Source: Chrysomallon squamiferum
Taxonomy: Eukaryota > Animalia > Mollusca
DNA: 64,000 bases
Direction of reading: 5' to 3'
Assembly (NCBI GenBank): GCA_012295275.1
Contig: CM022671.1
Span: forward strand, 124,001-188,000
Made by a program: the position numbers and the translations under genes. This document shows positions 36,968 to 50,333 of the stretch, piece after piece. The notes beneath the pieces were generated by a model, which made no database searches, was not told the DNA's origin, and saw only the letters and a program-made list of their open reading frames with translations. Positions within the stretch are counted from its first letter, which is position 1. The number at the start of each line of letters is the position of its first letter.

Positions 36968-38678
36968 GCAAGAGAAGACGTTTAATATTAACTACAACAA
37001 TCGTAAAATATAAAATACTAACAGAGTAATGACAAATGTAAATGTGAAATATTAACTTACAAGATAGTGCGTTTATTTTATTTATCGTTTTCTAATGTAC
37101 ATGATAGTATATCGTTTTCTAGAGGGAATTTTGAAAATGTAAAGTATTGTGAAGTGTAATACTATATAATATATGTGTAATACTGTATTTAATATTTGTA
37201 TAATACTGTATTATGATATTTACATAATATTATGCAATATGTGTATTATATTATATAATATTTATATAATATTATGCAATATTTGTATAATACTATAAAA
37301 TATCTGTATAAAATAATATAATATTTGTATAATACTGTATTAGAATATCAATATAATATGCAATATTTGTATAATACTATGTAATATTTGTTTAATGCTA
37401 TAAAAAATCTGTATAATACAATATAATATTTGAATAATACAGTATTATAATATAGAAGAAGAAGGAGAAGGAAAAGAAGAAAAAATGACAGCAGCAACAA
37501 CAACAATAATAAAAATAACAACAACAAAAGATATCAAAATATTAAGAAAGAATATAAGGTTGCAAAAATATTTGATATAAACCTATTTAAAATGCAAACT
37601 GTATATTGATGATACTGAAATTTGTAAATGTAGTTTCCTTGAGGTCATAACAACATAGAGCGCACCATATGTTATAAATGTGTTTTGTGTGTACAAAACA
37701 GTTTTTAATTGTAGCTTTTCCTCACTGATGTCATGCTGCATCTTCCAACATCTGTTCCAAATGTATTTTGTATGCACATTATACTCACACCAATTATGTA
37801 CTTGTCAAAGCTGTTCTTTATGTTATTAATGAATTTTGGTAAAGTAAGTAATTATTTTATATATGTCTTTTCTTCTGTTTATATGAAATGTAAGGAAAAA
37901 TTATATTTTTAGCGAACAGTGATATACAGAACATAAATGGCGTATGTGTGTGTGTGTGTTTGTGTCTGTATGTGTGTTAGTTTGTATCTGTGTTTGTGTC
38001 TGCGTTAGTGTGTGTGTGTATGTGTTTGTATCTTGTAAACTTTAACTATCTTGTAAATATAATCCATCTTCTAATCAAAATATATACGAACTTCATTCTG
38101 TAATCAGGTATGGATGCATGTGTGTATGTGTGTGCGTGTGTGTATGTGTATGTGCTATGTTCTAATTGTAATATATATGTATTTCATTTTGTAATAGTGA
38201 CATATTCGTACTTCATACTGTAGTAGTGATATTTACTTATTGCACTTTGTAATAGTGATGTATATATATGTACTTCAAGTTGTAATTGTGATATAATGTT
38301 GTGTAGGCCAGATCTTACGCTCAGTTTATTCTAAGTATCGGTAAGAAAATATTTTGCACATTTGGTTTAATTTATGTACGGAGTATAACATACGTCTTAT
38401 GTATCATTTAGGTACTGGATAGACTTACATATATCTGTACTGTTTATGTACTGTTTTGTGCAGTTTTCAGATTTGTAACTGAAAATATTCTTATTTAATT
38501 ATCGTTCGCAAAAGATGTTAATCGAAATGCTATAACAGTTTAATCATCTGAGAAAGTAACACGCAGTTATAAGTGCACAGAAGTGCAACCAGATTTAAAC
38601 TTAATACGATTTAAAAAATAAAATACTAATTAAAAATTAATTTTTTTATTTTATTATTGTTTTCATTATTAATATTAT

Positions 38679-38715
<37 letters not shown>

Positions 38716-39992
38716 TTCGGTTGTTATTGGAGAATTATAACGTAATGTATGCATGTTATAAATATGAGATATAAAATACATATTGTCCAAACAAAAATGT
38801 TATTTGATGTATACGTACTCTATGAATATGATGTGTGTGTGTTAGTGTGTATGTGTGTGTATATATATATGTATATGTTGTAAATATGATGAAGATGATT
38901 TGTATCCGTACAGATTATGAATGTGATAGGTTTGCATACGTTATAAATGTGATTATTATATGTCTGTTGTGAAAATGATGTTTGTGATACGAGGTTGTGA
39001 AAGTGATATGTATACGTATACGTTATGAATGTAATGTCTATAAGCTTATGCCACGAATGTAATGTATATCCATACATTATGAATACAATATGTATACATA
39101 CATTACGGATACATTATGAATGTGATATGTGTGTATACACTGTGAATGTTATGTGTGTACTACATTATGAACGTGATATATATATACGTACATATAAACA
39201 TGATGTACGTTATGAAGATATATACACGTACATTATGAAGATATTTAAACGTATGTTATGAAAATGATGTGTACGTTGTGCAAATTATGTGACGTTTCAT
39301 ACGTACGTTATTAATATGTCTATACATACACATACTGTATCAGTATGATATACTTTATTAATATGATGTGGATAGAAACACTTTCTGAATATGTGATACG
39401 TACAAGTTACAAATATGATACGTCTGCAAACACGCTGCCAACATAATATTCACATGCTGAAGTAATTACTGCATATATAATGCGTTTTTGCACGTGCAAA
39501 GTGTGTGAAAATGGTGAATCTAGATATAGATTTTTGAAAAAACAAAAAATGTCCCAGTCTATATGCAAATGGTCTAATTTCCAGAATATTCAGGACTTAT
39601 AGTATTTGGCTTAGGTTTTATGTCTATGTTACATTTGGAAACAACTGTTTTAGTTTGATAAATAATATATTTGGCAATAAAGATAACTCAGTATCATCAT
39701 TTATATTCATATATATTGAACAGTTCTCTAAACTAAACAATAAAATAGCTGAATGGTTTAATTTAATGTTTGGTGAAATTCAGGTTTATTTGCTGTTCTT
39801 AATAATTATGTTGTACGTGTTAACATGTTATAAGATACAACACATGTTCTGGACAGAAGAAACGTTGGTGATAAATTTTCACACTGCACGAACAGTAATT
39901 TTAAAATAAAATCGAACGCATATATGAATAGTTTTACTACGTTATGAAGATACATTTAACATGACAGTTCAGTGTTATTGACCAGTCTATAT

Positions 39993-40061
<69 letters not shown>

Positions 40062-40879
40062 TTGATCTTCTTATAATTATTAGAATAAGCATTGGGTCTT
40101 TTTTCTTTTTAATTTTAAATTGAATTTGTATTTATTTTTGTCTTTCCTTATACATATGGGTTGTTCCAGCAGTTTTAATTTAAAAGAAAACAATGTGTTT
40201 GTTTATTTCAGGTTAATCATAGCGCACCAGCGAATTATTCGTTCATTGTCTTTCATCATTTGGGCGTGAAAGGGTTTAACAAAAACTCTTTATATCCCTG
40301 TGTTATTAAGATGAACCAATACAGCATGACAATAAAATAATTCCGTTTGAAATCTTTCTTAAAACTAAAGGAACAATTTTACAATGGACAAATGTATCAG
40401 TTGACTAGGCTACAATAAAATTTCAGAAATATTCTTGGAAAGTTAACATTAAATATCGAGCAATACTGTATTCTTTGTTTTATAGTTATATAGTAGACTG
40501 TTGAAAAGTTGAATTGTAGTATGAATACAACACACATTTATAAGTCTAAGATAACAGCAGTTTTAAATGACGTATCTAAATGAATGTCTTACTCATCATG
40601 TTATGTCGTTCAGCTGAACAGTTTTATGTTATATTACTGAATTAATATCGCATAAAAATTAATGCATCATTTTAACACGAAATATTAGATTCCAGTGTCA
40701 GATGTAGAGAACTTTTCAACTGCGAAGTCGTACTCACGTGTATAAGTCTTCATGAAAGCATCTACTTTCAGATTGTATTAGCATCCCCTCGGCGGTGATT
40801 GAGAGGAATAAATATTCACAAAATCAGTAAACACCTTCTCTTTAACGCTGAATACTCATTGTGAACGTATATGTAGTGT

Positions 40880-41600
40880 TTATATTTACATAAAAGATAC
40901 GCATTCATACTTAATGTGATGCTTCTACGTACATAATTAAATGTGAATACGTTGTTTAGACGTACATTAAAGAAATGCAAATATGACACTTATCGTACAC
41001 AAAATTAATGTAAATGTCGTTTTCAAACTTATACAAAACTAACTTGAAAGTAATGTCTTTAAATTAATGTAAATGTTTTGTTTATATTTACATAACATTA
41101 ACGTTAATGCAATGTTTATATTGCATGAAATTAAAATGTAAAGGTTCTGTTTATATTTACATAAAATTAACGAGAATATAATGTTATAATTACATACCAC
41201 CAATGAAAAAATATGTTAATACTAACATTAAATTAATATGAATGTGATATTTATACAAAGTTAATTTAATGTAAATGTGTAGCTTATATTTACAAAAAAT
41301 TAATTTGATTATTATGTTCATGCTTATGTAAATATTGTGTTTATAAATGGACAAAATTCATGATGTCTACACATACATAAAATTAATGTTAATGTTATGT
41401 TTACATTTACATAAAACTAATGTGAATGTGATGTTTACACTTACATAAAATTAATGTTAATGTGTTTTCATTTACACAAAAGTAATGTGAATGTGATAAT
41501 TACATATACATATAATTAATGTTAATGTTCTGTTTATCGTTACACAAAATTAATGTGAATGTGGTGATTACACTTACATAAACTTAGCGTGATGCTTACA
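40880..41600. repeat. Old degenerate ~33-34-bp AT-rich tandem repeat
   Basis: Recurring TTACATAAAATTAATGT(T/G)AATGT...TTTA motif. Confidence 0.7.
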
Positions 41601-41647
41601 CTTACTAAAATCAGTGCTGACGTGTCTCTGCGTTGTGTATCGTAATA

Positions 41648-42658
41648 TTATACAGTACGTTATACAGTACGTTATACAGCACGTTATACAGCACGTTATA
41701 CAGCACGTTATACAGCACGTTATACAACACGTTATACAGCACCTTATACAGCACGTTATACAGCACGTTATACAGCACGTTATACAGCACGTTATACAGC
41801 ACGTTATACAGCACGTTATACAGCACGTTATACAGCACGTTATACAGCACGTTATACAGCACGTTATACAGCACGTTATACAGCACGTTATACAGCACGT
41901 TATACAGCACGTTATACAGCACGTTATACAACACGTTATACAGCACGTTATACAGCACGTTATACAGCACGTTATACAGCACGTTATACAGCACGTTATA
42001 CAGCATACAGCGTTATACAGCACGTTATACAGCACGTTATACAGCACGTTATACAGCACGTTATACAGCACGTTATACAGCACGTTATACAGCACGTTAT
42101 ACAGCACGTTATACAGCACGTTATACAGCACGTTATACAGCACGTTATACAGCACGTTATACAGCACGTTATACAGCACGTTATACAGCACGTTATACAG
42201 CACGTTATACAGCACGTTATACAGCACGTTATACAGCACGTTATACAGCACGTTATACAGCACGTTATACAGCACGTTATACGTTATACAGCACGTTATA
42301 CAGCACGTTATACAGCACGTTATACAGCACGTTATACAGCACGTTATACAGCACGTTATACAGTACGTTATACAGCACGTTATACAGCACGTTATACAGC
42401 ACGTTATACAGTACGTTATACAGTACGTTATACAGCACGTTATACAGCACGTTAGCAGTACGTTATACAGCACGTTATACAGCACGTTATACAGTACGTT
42501 ATACAGCACGTTATACAGCACGTTATACAGCACGTCATACAGCACGTTATACAGTACGTTATACAGCACGTTATACAGCACGTTATACAGTACGTTATAC
42601 AGCACGTTATACAACACGTTATACAGCACGTTATACAGTACGTTATACAGTACGTTAT
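41648..42658. repeat. 12-bp satellite ACGTTATACAGC (about 84 copies)
   Basis: Near-perfect array with three phase slips and C/T variants. Confidence 0.97.
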
Positions 42659-42877
42659 CAGTGTCTGTTAAAAAAAATAAAAAAAAAAAAAAAGGTTATA
42701 TAAAAAAAAAGAATAGTGAACATGTGTTGTTGGTGTCCTATCAAGTAAAAAAATAAAAAATAAAAAATTAATAAAGCGTTAGATAAAATACCAAAATGCA
42801 ACATGTGCAAATACTCAGTTCTCTGCGTATTTGTCTTTCCTTTCTTTCTTTCTTTCTTTTTTCTTTTTTCTTTCTTA

Positions 42878-42916
<39 letters not shown>

Positions 42917-43102
42917 CTTAAAGTTTATCGTTCTCAATGTCGTTATTGTTGTTGCCATTATCATCATCATTAATGCCACTAATGTAACCGGCAGTATCTT
43001 TATTCTTATTCTTCTTCTTCTTCTTCTTCTTCTTCTTCTTCTTCTTCTTCTTCTTCTTCTTCTTCTTCTTCTTCTTTATTCTTCTTCTTATTATTATTAT
43101 TC

Positions 43103-43137
<35 letters not shown>

Positions 43138-43594
43138 GCTGCCTCTGATGTTTTTATTGTTATTTTTATTTTGTTATTATTATTATTTGGCACATATAAC
43201 AATAGATATCTTTCACCATTAAAAAGTATTCATTATTAACTATCGATTCCTATTTCATAAGTTTTAGATTTTATAAGGAATATATACTATTCATCCTAAA
43301 GACATACAGACAATCATTTTCAATTACATTTCAGCAACTCTTTAAGTATCTCGAAATTTATGACAAATTTTAAACAATTTCTTCTTACGTGCTAGTAGTT
43401 GGAAGACAGATAAGCTCTTTTGTTTTTGTGTTGTTTTTTCACGTTCTACCCCGATAGTTTATAAAGATCATACACAACTAGGTCAGCGACCTATTTTAGT
43501 CGAAGTTCGCCTGCACTTTACCAACACAGGCTTCAAGACAGCAATAAGAGTAGTTCTCTCTGGAGAACAGCTGATAAGTTGACATCAGATAAAT

Positions 43595-43747
43595 TGTGTG
43601 TGTGTTTCTGTGTGAGTGTGTGTTTGTGTGTGTGTGAGTGTTTGTGTGAGTGTGTGTTTGTGTGTGTGTGAGTGTGTGTGTGTGTGTGTGTGTGCGTGTG
43701 TGTGAGTTTGTGTGTATATGTGGGTGTAAGTGTGTGTGAGTTTGTGT

Positions 43748-43780
<33 letters not shown>

Positions 43781-43811
43781 TGTGTGTGTGTAAGTGTGAG
43801 TGTGTGTGTGT

Positions 43812-43843
<32 letters not shown>

Positions 43844-44970
43844 CTGTGTGTGTGTGAGTGTGTGTGTGTGTGATTGTGTGTGTAAGTATGTGTAAGTGTG
43901 TATATCTGTGTGTGAAGTGTGTGTGTGTGTGTACATGTGTGTGTGAGTTCAGGTGTGTGTGTGTTGTGTGTGTGTTCCTGTGTGTATTCCTGTGTGTATG
44001 TGTGTGTGTTTGTGTGTGGTTGAGTGTTTATGTGAGTGTGTAACTGTGTGTATGTGCGTGAGTATCTGTGTGCGTGTATGTGTATCTGTGTATCTATGCA
44101 TGTGTGTACGTGTATGTATGAGGAGGTGTGTGTGTGTGTATGTGCTGATGTTTTCTCAGTATATTTAAATGTTTTCTTGATATCTTAAGATATTTCACAA
44201 TCAGTTATGTCGTTATATGGAAATATTAATTTTTGTTAATGATTAAATAGACGAATTTACATACATAGATCCATATGTATTCATAAACACACACACACAC
44301 CTATATAAATACATACATACATATATAAATACATACATATATACATACATACATACATACATATACATACATACATACATATATAAATACATACATATAC
44401 ATACATATATACATACATATATACATGCATACATATATACATACATATATACATACATACACACATACATACATACATACAAACATACAAACATACATAC
44501 ATACATACAAACATACATACATACAAACATACAAACATACAAACATACAAACATACATACAAACATACATACATACAAACATACATACAAACATACAAAC
44601 ATACATACATACATACAAACATACATACATACATACATACAAACATACATACATACATACATACAAACATACATACAACATACATACATACATACATACA
44701 TACATACATACATACAAAGATGCCTGGACGTTTTCCTTCCACTGCGTTTTCAGATATTAAACAGAGTCTAATGAGGCGTAAATAAAACTGACAAAATCCT
44801 AATATATATACACACACACACATACACACACATCATACAGCTACACACACACATACACATCATACAGACACACACACATACACACATCATACAGATACAC
44901 ACACACACACACACACACATCATACAGATACACACACACACATACACACACATCATACAGGTACACACAC
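43595..44970. repeat. (TG)n-rich block followed by (CATA/CAAA)n and (CA)n blocks
   Basis: Direct reading. Confidence 0.88.
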
Positions 44971-45578
44971 GCAGTTTTATTTATTTATTACTTGGCAGTT
45001 TTAGTCAACAGCAAATCGCTTGCTATCATAAAATGTAACTGAACTCGTTATCTAAACTGGACCTTTGAACTTTTTTGTATCTTGTGCATAATGGCCGCCT
45101 GTGATATCATATCAGAATTGTGTAGATTGACGTATGTAACAAAAGAGTATTTCTTATCCTGGAAGTATTTGTCCTAGTCGCTTGGATACTGATGTCACGT
45201 TATTGTCATTCGTTTCCACATACCTTTGACCCTCTGATGTTGTTCAAACATCACATGACCGTATTTCGATAGCGAGCAAAGATCAAGTCAAGGACATTTC
45301 AAAGATACGAAGCGATTTTAATAGCCTGAATGTCCTTATTTTTTTATCTCTAACGTTTAATAAGCATGCAACAGTTTTTGTGTCTAATGGCTTGAATCTT
45401 TCATATTTAATAGATAAGCTATTGAAGTGCACTCACATTTAGCATGTGTCTGAAAATAAATAACGAAAGAAAAATAAGTAAGAAGGAAAGAAATTTAAAT
45501 ATATGCTTGTAAAATACGAAGAGGTCAAGAAACCTCGTTATGTTTAAATTATTTTGATAATAATTATTATGTAAAACC

Positions 45579-45706
<128 letters not shown>

Positions 45707-45878
45707 ACAATATGCTACTGTTTCACTGTTACGTCTTTATTTCCTTGCACGCATCGCTTGTCGTATAACACAGGAACTGTCCCGCTGTAACTTGGGATGA
45801 TTTAACACTCAGTTTGTTTTCAAATAATAACCCCGTTTCTACGCCAAGAATATATAAGTATGTCTGTATGTCTGTATG

Positions 45879-45912
<34 letters not shown>

Positions 45913-46296
45913 TGTATGTATGTATGTATGTGTGTATGTATGTATGTATTTTAGGCTTTTAAATATTCTCGGTCTTATTTATATCTGATTAGACTGCACA
46001 CAGACGCAGGAGGACCTATGTGTGTATGAATATATGACTGTATGTATGGATGTATGAATGAATGTGTATATGTACGCATGTATGTTGTATGTTTGTGTTT
46101 GTGTATATATATGTATATATATATATATGTATGTATGTATGTATATAAACACGTATGCATGTAAACACGTGATTTTAAAAATAAGTATTTTATTACCTTT
46201 TACCATATTTCGTTATCTTGTTCGCTATACATTTTATTGTTGTCGTCGATGTTTGATGTCAGTGTTTAAATTACATATCTCTGTATGTTGCTGTAG

Positions 46297-46461
46297 ATAA
46301 AAGTGACAGAGATCCACTGCTACACTGAGTGGAAACAAAGAAAACTTTTATCTGATGAGAACTCAACACGTACTCAGAGACTGCTGCCTTTCCATTTCAA
46401 ACTGTCAACAGATGTACTTCTGCACTGTTTGATCTGTAAACTAGAACACTGATCTCCTCGG
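46297..46461 (+). other. Candidate non-coding exon, 165 nt
   Basis: Acceptor gttgctgtag|A, donor cgg|gtaggt, balanced composition between AT-rich flanks; the longest frame stops just before the donor. Confidence 0.3.
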
Positions 46462-47352
46462 GTAGGTTTTAGTATGCGGTTAAAATAAAAATGTTGTTTA
46501 TGATGTTGAAAGGTTTCGTGTATGTTATATTAAAAAAAAAAATGCCAATCAGAAACGCAAAAATAATTTTGTTTTCATTATCCGAAGTAAAACAGAAATG
46601 ATTTTCTTTTATAGTTAATGACTGAATACAGAGCATAGAAAAGTATTCAGTTTATCTCAGTAATATATATCTAAATTTAAAAAAGAGAAAAAGGTATGAG
46701 TTAGAAATGTACAGAATTGTCTTTATTTATTTTACCATAGTTTTTAAGATATAAAGTTGACTTTATTTATTTTACCACTGTATTTTATCATGTATTTAAT
46801 AGTCATTTGGAATGTGTGTTCTTTTACCATTATATTCAAAACATAACCATCTTTTACTTCTCTTAGTTCTAATAGTTCATAGCGTTCTCTCATAAAATAT
46901 TTATTTTAATAGCTATGAATATTTGTATTCTAAAAGGAGTTTTCCGTGCGTTTATATCAGATTAACTGAGGCTCAGTGATTATACTTACAAATAAAGAAA
47001 CCGTCTCGTTTACAATTTCATGGATTCTGAATATTTTAAGCCACAAGTGACTGTAACACATTATTTATATATCTGTTCCCTAAAGAAACAAAGAGAAACC
47101 AAAAATGAAAGAAAATATATAATGTTGTATGCCAGGAATATTTAGTTTTTTTGTTGCGTGGATGTTTGTTTGGGTGTGTTTTTACATGTAAGTACGTAGG
47201 ATTACATATTATCTGTCTTGTGTACGTCTGATTAGACTCTGCACTGGCGCAGGAGGACAAAGTCCAGTCATGACGTCACAAACGAATGTACGTATTTACC
47301 GTTCTGACGTCAAGACAGACGATGTGTGTGTATGTATCTATGTATGTATGTA

Positions 47353-47383
<31 letters not shown>

Positions 47384-47671
47384 GTTTTTATGTATATATA
47401 TGTGTGTATGTATGTATGTATGTACATATCTATGCTATATATGTGTGTGTATATATACATGTTTTTATGTATATATATGTGTGTATGTATATATGTATAT
47501 ACATATCTATGCTATATATGTGTGTGAATATATATATATGTTTTTATGTATATATATATTTGTATGTAATCATATGTTTGTACATATGTATGTACGTGTG
47601 TACGTATGTGGGGTGTTTTATGTATTATGTATACATTAATACAGACATAAAATATGTATATATACACATAC

Positions 47672-47716
<45 letters not shown>

Positions 47717-49527
47717 AACATACATACATGCATACATACATATGTATATATATGTGTGTGTGTGTGTATTTTTTTTATATCTCTATTATGCATATATAGA
47801 CACATACATAAAAACACCCATATATGTATATACACATATATAGACACATACTAATGTATACGTATGAATTTTTTTACATGTATGTATATAACAAATACAG
47901 ATCATTCATCATTAAACAGAGAGGACTTATTTTCTGGCAAGGATCCAGAATACATCCATTATGTACAACAATCACGTGTTTTCCTGGCAGACGTCCAAGT
48001 CACGGCTTGTTTCACCATGTCACTATGAGTCATATGTATTTTTTTTGTATTTTTTTTTCCCCAGAAAACTATCTGTACAGTCATATACCGTTTATTTACG
48101 GGTGACTGGAACAGGTTAGAGTTTAATAATGAAGTTCTGGATTTAAAATCTTGGATTTAGAATCAAGGGTAATAGGTTCGCTTCACCGCGTTTGCTCTCA
48201 GCTGAATATTACCATTCAAGCAAGTGTATTATGTAGTAGTCCGACAATTTTATTTATTTATTTATTTTTATTTTTTATTTTTTCTGGTTATTGTAGTTGT
48301 CGTTTTGTTATTGCTATTGTTGTTGTTGTTGCTAATGTTTTTATTGGTGGTGTTGTTGTTGTTGTTGATGTAGTTGTTGTTTCTCTTTATTATTTTCTTT
48401 ACTATTCTTGGATTAATATAGTAATCTTGAAGAAATAAAGAAAAATAAAAAAAATCCGAAAGAAAAATGACCGGAATAGATATAATTTATTTTTAGATTA
48501 TTTTACTATGTTTACTAAAACGGAGAATTTAATTCTGTGATGATTTGTTTTGAAAATAAAATGAAGCATGAGCTTCATTAAAAAAAAAAAAAAATCCCCC
48601 AAAACCAAACTGCTGTTGATGCCAGCTGGTTTGGCTATCAGGAAATGTAGCAGCATTAACTAGCCTTAATTTCATTTTATGGTTCTGCTAGGAATTACTT
48701 ACGTAATATTTATAAGACTTCCTGCCAATTTTTATTATTTTATTTTATTCTTAGCTGTTTGTCTTTTCGCATCGCAAATAAATATGTCAGTGACTGAATG
48801 AGTTAATTCTGTGGCGGCCATCTTCGACTTTCTTTTGTAAATTTTACAACGTGTTAATATAGCACACCTAAAAGTATATTATTAAACACATAAACATTTT
48901 TTTTTAAATAAACGAACAGAAAAGGTTTTAGACAGTCATGAAAAGCATCGTCACGGGACAGAGAATACGTGCACACGTGGTACTGCGTTGTAGACTTCAC
49001 TGTCTTTACTCGTTGATCGGGTACACGCATTATCAAGTGCACCACTCCCATTTTACTTACTGCTGAAATATGTTAGTCACTACCTTACTTGTCTTAGAAA
49101 TACAGTAGCAGATCTACTCCTTTAATAAAATTCTACAACAATCTAGCAAATGTATGTATACATATATATATATATATATAAAATAATATATATGTACTAA
49201 AACACATATAGAGATACATACATACATACATATATATATATACGTACATAGCACTATCGTAGAGACATATATACAGACACACATGCGCATATACTTTCTT
49301 ACATACACATATACATGCACACACATACACACATACACACACACACACAGACAAATGCAAACATGTATAGACATATACACATATATGACACACACATACA
49401 TACATTCAAACATAGTTACTCACACACACACATACACACATACACACACAGACACAGACATATATATACACTTACAGCTGTGGCCTTTCTTGTGGTATAT
49501 ATAAATCTAATAACACACACACTCACA

Positions 49528-49568
<41 letters not shown>

Positions 49569-50333
49569 TCTTATTGTAATTGTGTTTGTGACCCAGGGTT
49601 ACAATAATCTCTTGAGAATATCTCACTAGGTCATTCTGATATGTGGACTATTTAACGACATTTTTGTTTATCAACTTTATCGTCTCGTGTTTCTTTTCCA
49701 TTACGATTGTAGGTCACTTCGATTAGCTGCTTCAGTCCTCGCTTTCACTGCAGTTAGTTATTTCAGTTATTAAAAACTCAGTGGATCCCTTCATAGAAAT
49801 TTCCAGTTCCACCCATGTGTATAATTATATTAAAAGGTTTGCTTCTGTCGTTAAGAAGTTTCTAAATATTATGAGAAAATATATTATTATAGTTTTGCTT
49901 CTATGATTAAAACTTTTACAGGGCTTTTTCTAAATATTATAATTTACATATAAGAACTGCAAAGCATCTGACACTCGATATCTGATAAATTATTTATATA
50001 TATTTATTTTTTATTTATTTAAATTGTTAGATAAAACAAGCTTTGTAATGTTTTAGTCTGTTTTGTACGGAGCAAGATACAGTTTCACGTGGTATTCAGT
50101 TTCAGCTTTTTTTCTCAAACACAACTGTGACGTGACCCGCGCACGAAGCCAGATCGGACTGTTTAGAAACGTTTTGAACTCAACTGAATTCTCAGGAGAT
50201 AATGTGTCACGATTTTGACTTGGCTTCGTTGCTCAGTGTAGGGTTTCCGCTGATTTTCAGTTGATAACACACTGGGCAACGGGTATGTGAAGGAGTAATA
50301 AATTAAAAAAACCTTCCTTTGTGCATTACAAGT

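Noticed and set aside
36414-36971. 185-aa repetitive ORF on the - strand
   Set aside because: Consists wholly of the 60-bp tandem; no known domain recognised.
41574-42756. 350-380-aa ORFs (VIQH)n, (YSTL)n, (CCIT)n
   Set aside because: A stop-free 12-bp repeat open in several frames on both strands; no unique coding sequence.
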